In this document: in pieces, positions 58,593-64,000 of the stretch | Layout of the letters: each line of letters opens with the position of its first letter | Numbering within the stretch: position 1 is the stretch's first letter | From: Octopus vulgaris | Taxonomy: Eukaryota | Assembly (NCBI GenBank): GCA_951406725.2 | Contig: OX597816.1 | Location: 179,738,001-179,802,000, forward strand | Length of the DNA stretch: 64,000 nucleotides | Direction of reading: 5' to 3' | Translations under genes and position numbers: made by a program | Notes under the pieces: model-generated | The model's database searches: none | What the model was told of the DNA's origin: nothing | The model's input: the letters and a program-made list of their open reading frames with translations, nothing else

Positions 58593-58820
58593 CTACATAT
58601 GTGTGTATGACTGTATGTCTTTTAGTTTGTGTTTGTCCCGGTGTTGATTTGTTTATGACCGTAACCAAGTGGTTTGGCAAAAAGAGATCAATTGAATTAG
58701 TGTTGTGGTCGATTTGTTCTGCTAAAACCTCAGAGCCTCAGCATGCCAACAACCCAATGACTGAAACAAATAATAGATGAGAAAATAGAAGCTTCTTTGT
58801 TGAACAATTTCCACCAATCG

Positions 58821-59207
58821 TAGGAGTGGCTGTGTGGTAAGTAGCTTTTTTACCAACCACAAGGTTCCGGGTTCAGTCCCACTGCGTGGCACCTTGGGCA
58901 AGTGTCTTCTACTATAGCCTCGGGTCGACCAAAGCCTTGTGAGTGGATTTGGTAGACAGAAACTGAAAGAAGCCCGTCGTATATATGTGTGCGTGTATAT
59001 ATGTGTGTCTGTGTTTGTCACCCCCAACATTGCTTGACAACCGATGCTGGTGTGCTTACGCCACAGTAACTTAGCGGTTCGGCAAAAGAGACCGATAGAA
59101 TAAGTACTGGGCTTACAAAGAATAAGTCCCGGGGTCGATTTGCTCGACTAAAGGCGGTGCTCCAGCATGGCCGCAATCAAATGACTGAAACAAGTAAAAG
59201 AGTAAAA
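58821..59207 (+). mobile_element. SINE family A, near full length
   Basis: Close match to 24909-25312. Confidence 0.9.
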
Positions 59208-59344
59208 TAGAATCATTTGTTTACTGTGATCAAATGTTTTTGCTTTACATTAGCTCACTTCCGCCATTTAATCGACGTTGCCTTTATAGGGACAGTGTGC
59301 CATATATAGGGACGTTGCCTTTATAGGGACAGTGTGCCATACAT

Positions 59345-59482
59345 CAGATATCAAAGTGATTGCAGAGTAACGGGAAATAAAGTGTTTCACTCAAGAACAC
59401 AACACACTGCCCAGTCCTGGTATCGAAACCACCTTCTTGCTGTCGTGAGTGCAACACCTTAACCACTAGGCCACGTTCCTTT
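59345..59482 (-). mobile_element. SINE family B head fragment
   Basis: Minus GAACGTGGCCTAGTGGTTAAGG...GGTTTCGATACC. Confidence 0.65.
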
Positions 59483-59489
59483 ATGACAA

Positions 59490-60108
59490 ATATATTACTA
59501 CCACAGTAACCCCAACAGTTATACACCACAGTAAGCAAAATATTATTATTACTAGTGTAAGTACTACAGCACTATTACTTCAGTAACAGCAAGAAAGGGT
59601 ACTATTACAGGAACTGCAGCAATTATTTTAATAGTACTACCACATAACTATATCAACTGCACTACAACACTAACTACAACAGTCGTATTGTTTCAGTGAC
59701 AACAGTACTATCACAATAACTACAACACCTACGCAATTGCACTAACTACAATAATAATACTTCGACAATGACTATAAAAGTGGTATTACTACAAATCAGC
59801 TGTAATAATTGTACTACTACAGTAACTACAGCAGTGTAACTACCACATTAACTGTAATACTATAGTAGCTGTACAGTCATATAGCAATGGAAGTACTTCC
59901 ATAATAACTATAAAAGTACTTCTCCAACTACAGCAGGGATAGTAACTGTACTAGCACAATAACTACAACAATGGAACTATAGTATCAATTGCTGTACTAG
60001 CATACAGCAAGAGTATTACTGACATAGTAACTACAATAGTCGTGCCATCCTGATAACTCTGGCGGGGTTTCGATCACACCAGCTGTTGCACTACTACTAC
60101 TACAACTG

Positions 60109-60161
<53 letters not shown>

Positions 60162-60206
60162 ACAGCTACTGCTACTGCTGCTACTTCCACCACCACCACC
60201 ACCACC

Positions 60207-60277
<71 letters not shown>

Positions 60278-60320
60278 AGCAACAATACCACAGTAACTAC
60301 TACAACATTAGTACTAATAC
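59490..60320. repeat. Degenerate then pure (CTA/CTG/CCA)n low-complexity tract
   Basis: Direct reading. Confidence 0.85.
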
Positions 60321-61183
60321 ATTGATACATTGATTGTAGTCACACCTACAGCTGTGGTACGATAGTAGCACTAGTATTGTTACTCCTTTATTTCCAATGT
60401 TGGTGGTAGTAATAGTAGTAGTAATAGTAGTGGTGGTGGTGGTGTTGGTATCTGATGATAAAACAGAAGAGGCTGCAGCACGTCAGACCAGCTGCCGGTC
60501 TATGGCTGAGGCGGTAGTAGTAGATCCAGTAGAGTCTGATGAAGTAGAGGCTGTAGTACAATTCAAACGAGCAGTTGCTGTGTGCAGTAGAGGCGGTAGT
60601 AGCAGTTCGTCACGTGACCACTGCTGCATCAGCATTACTCATTATCCAACACATTGTGTCGACTGTCACCTAGAATGTCACCTTCATTGCCTCCTCCTCC
60701 TCCTCCCCCTCCTTCACCCCCGCCGCCGCCTCCCCCTCCTCGTCGTCATCATCATCACCATCATCATCATGAGTTCATTACCTCTTAATGCTAATCCATC
60801 ATCACACTCCCTCCTCTCTCCATTTTCTCCCTCCCACTATAACCACCATCTTTATTATGCTTTCTCTTCCGCTTCTTCTACCCTTTCTTCTCCTCCTTCT
60901 CTCTCCCTCCCTCTCCATCTCTCTATCTCTCTCTCGTTCTTTTTCAATTTCGTTCTCATAGCCTTTCTCTCCCTTCATTTTTAGCCACTCCTCCTACACA
61001 CACACACACATTCACACACACACGCGCGCACACACAAACGCACTCTTTCTCTCTTTCTCTTTCTCTCTCTCTCTCTCTCGATTTTCGACCACTCAGTTTT
61101 CCTCTCTTTCTCTCTCCCTTTTTCTTTCTTTCTCTCTCATCTCTTTTTATCTTTTTCTGAATATCTCATATAAAAATAATCTC

Positions 61184-61345
61184 ACACACACGCAAACACA
61201 CACACACACACGCAAACACACGGACAAACACACACACACACGCACACACACACACACACGCAAACACACACACACACGCAAACACACACACACACACACA
61301 CACGCAAACACACACACACGCACGCACACACACACACACACACAC

Positions 61346-61414
<69 letters not shown>
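61184..61414. repeat. (CA)n microsatellite
   Basis: Direct reading. Confidence 0.95.
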
Positions 61415-61415
<1 letters not shown>

Positions 61416-61879
61416 TTGTCATGGACTCGTGATGCCATTCTTGTTCCTTCCCTCTCTTACCTTTCCATTTTGTGTTTGCAAATTATATACACCTCACACT
61501 TGTTAATGTTCTTTCTTTCTTTCTTTCTCTTATCTCTCTTCGTTTTCATTGTCTCCACTTTAATCATCAAACATTTTCCCTCATCACAGCCTTGTGCAAT
61601 CTGCTACCGCTGCTGCAACTATGTCGCTACAGTTGGTATCCATCGGAAGCCATAGAACGTGCGTTTACATTACCAAAATACACCAGAAACCATACAATTG
61701 TCATACGGCGTGTATAATCCGCTTTTCTCTCTGACGTACAAACTCTACCCGCGGCAGTCATTTGACTAAATCTTTTTATTTATTTATTCATAATCACCAA
61801 AACTTCCCTGATCATGTGTGGTAATTGGCTTATGATACACATTTTTTTTTCTCTTCTGATAGCCATTTCTGATACTTAT

Positions 61880-62448
61880 TGTAATATTAGTTTCTGATAC
61901 TCAGACATGCTTACTCGTTTCTGAAACTCACTTAAAATGCTTTCCACTGATACTCGCTTCACATATTCTCGATTGATACTTCGTTCTAATATAAGATTCT
62001 GATACTCAGACATGCTTACTCGTTTCTGAAACTCACTTAAAATGCTTTCCACTGATACTCGCTTCACATATTCTCGATTGATATTTCGTTCTAATATAAG
62101 ATTCTGATACTCAGACATGCTTACTCGTTTCTGAAACTCACTTAAAATGCTTTCCACTGATACTCGCTTCACATATTCTCGATTGATACTTCGTTCTAAT
62201 ATAAGATTCTGATACTCAGACATGCTTACTCGTTTCTGAAACTCACTTAAAATGCTTTCCACTGATACTCGCTTCACATATTCTCGATTGATACTTCGTT
62301 CTAATATAAGATTCTGATACTCAGACATGCTTACTCGTTTCTGAAACTCACTTAAAATGCTTTCCACTGATACTCGCTTCACATATTCTCGATTGATACT
62401 TCGTTCTAATATAAGATTCTGATACTCAAACATGCTTACTCCTTTCTG
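61880..62448. repeat. 105-bp minisatellite, about 5.3 copies
   Basis: CTGATACTCAGACATG at 61894, 61999, 62104, 62209, 62314; variant at 62419. Confidence 0.95.
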
Positions 62449-64000
62449 TTACAATACTGCCCACTGACACACGCTTCTGATACTCCTTATTCGTTTCTGA
62501 TTCTCCGCTGTCTGATGTGCTACTGATACCTCCATTGTTTTCTTTAACATTTAGTCCTTGAAACGTTTTAATTGATACTAACTCCTGATTCTCAATTATG
62601 TCTACTATTGAGATTCACTTTTGATAGTGATTTCTCCTCATCAAACTAATTTGTAATCAAATTTGGGCAAAAACTGGATGTGACGTTGCGGTTAAACGAT
62701 CGACATCTCAACTTTTTAAAGGACTTTCTCTTCGTATCCTCTTCACAGAAGGAATGGAAGTGGCACCGTATTGCGTAAGGTATTAACTCAGTTACAGATA
62801 CAGAGTGAAAGTAATGTTTACATAGGTGGTATTTTCGTAAAGTAGTGGTCAAGCGTTATTTCACTCCAGATTTTCTCTGATAAAATCCTGTCCATTTGTA
62901 TAACAGTGATTGCATTTTTCCCTATTTTCGTTCGTTTTTTAAAGATGTTATCTGAAAGAATTTGGTTAGTATTTCTGGCAGGTCGATCGACTGTCCAGAG
63001 GCTCATTCACTGATACGTTATATCATGGTCTGATAGTGGTAGTGGTTGTGGTGATTGCAGTATTGCTGTGCGCCAGTGATGACTCTAATTGCACAGAGAG
63101 TAATCGTGCCTGTATTATATATGAACATGATCATAAAAATAATACTAAGAAGAGGGAACATTAAGATCATGTTTATGTTAATAAAAGTTATATTACTTTA
63201 CTGAAGATTCTGGTAATAGGAAGGACTGTTGTCGATGTAGAAATAATTACTGGCGACAATGTTGATATGTTGTGTTATGAGGTAATTACTAGTGAAGGGA
63301 GTGACATTATTGTGACTGTCGAGATGGCAAAGTGATATGGTGTTGTGACTGTAGAGATAGAAATGGGATGGTAGCTAAAGTATTTTAACTACACTCACAC
63401 ACACACGGACACACACATACACACGCACACACACACACAAACAAACGTACGCACAATCACGCACACATTATTTGGTACTGTTGATAAACTTGTAGAAAAC
63501 AACAAAATATTTACTGATGGTGAAACGATGCATTTAGTACTTTGACTGGGACATCAAATTTTGTCTTTACCATTCAACTTTACTATTCAACTAGAACCTG
63601 AATTATTTCTGAAGTAGGAGAGGTAATCGGTTTTCGATATGCATAACAAAAGAATCAATAATTGATTCGCAATTACGATATAATTTCTTAAAGGGTTAAT
63701 GAGTGTAGTTCTTGAGTGGTTTATGAAGAGCTTTCTTATACAGAAGCATAATCATTGATTCAGAAAAATGTATTAAAATTCTGGAACAAAAAAAAAAATC
63801 CCCAAAGGCTCAATGAAAAGATGGAGCTCTTCAGTCCCTATATACACGAGAGCAAATTCATACATTAACACTGCATATTACTCCTTTTTATCAAGAGATG
63901 AATTCTCACATTTTTCTCGGTAAAGATTTGGGCCGACGGCATTATGTATAAAGTGTTTGTTATGGCCGGGCAGAGCGTGAGCATTGGTTTCGCACCTATA

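Noticed and set aside
60397-60984. 195-aa ORF as a host exon
   Set aside because: Built from trinucleotide and CT low-complexity sequence; no domain recognised.
62646-63006. BEL/Pao integrase remnant (QILSDN)
   Set aside because: Single short motif with no supporting residues or LTRs.

Overview
AT-rich, microsatellite-dense eukaryotic DNA with no recognisable host protein-coding exon. The tRNA-derived SINE families and (TA)n/(TATG)n load resemble an octopus (coleoid cephalopod) genome; this is inference. Most long ORFs in the track are microsatellite translations. Real coding traces are transposon-derived: the 5' half of a Tc1 transposase (1-572, minus, open to the window edge), a Naiad-type Penelope-like element (2.9-5.3 kb), several R4/Dong-like LINEs (four stacked between TAA tracts at 53-58.6 kb), RTE fragments and many SINEs. 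The most notable signal is a set of type I minimal hammerhead ribozymes (HHRs) in several unrelated non-coding units, almost all embedded in (TA)n. The largest is a 6.8-kb inverted tandem array of a 535-bp unit (8947-15718) with one HHR per unit, in which intact (CTGACGA) and G8A-mutant (CTGAAAA) cores alternate. Others are a 601-bp partial-tandem unit, a 440-bp palindrome with U3-A8 variant HHRs, and a dispersed HHR-like family. All alignments and folds were read by eye.
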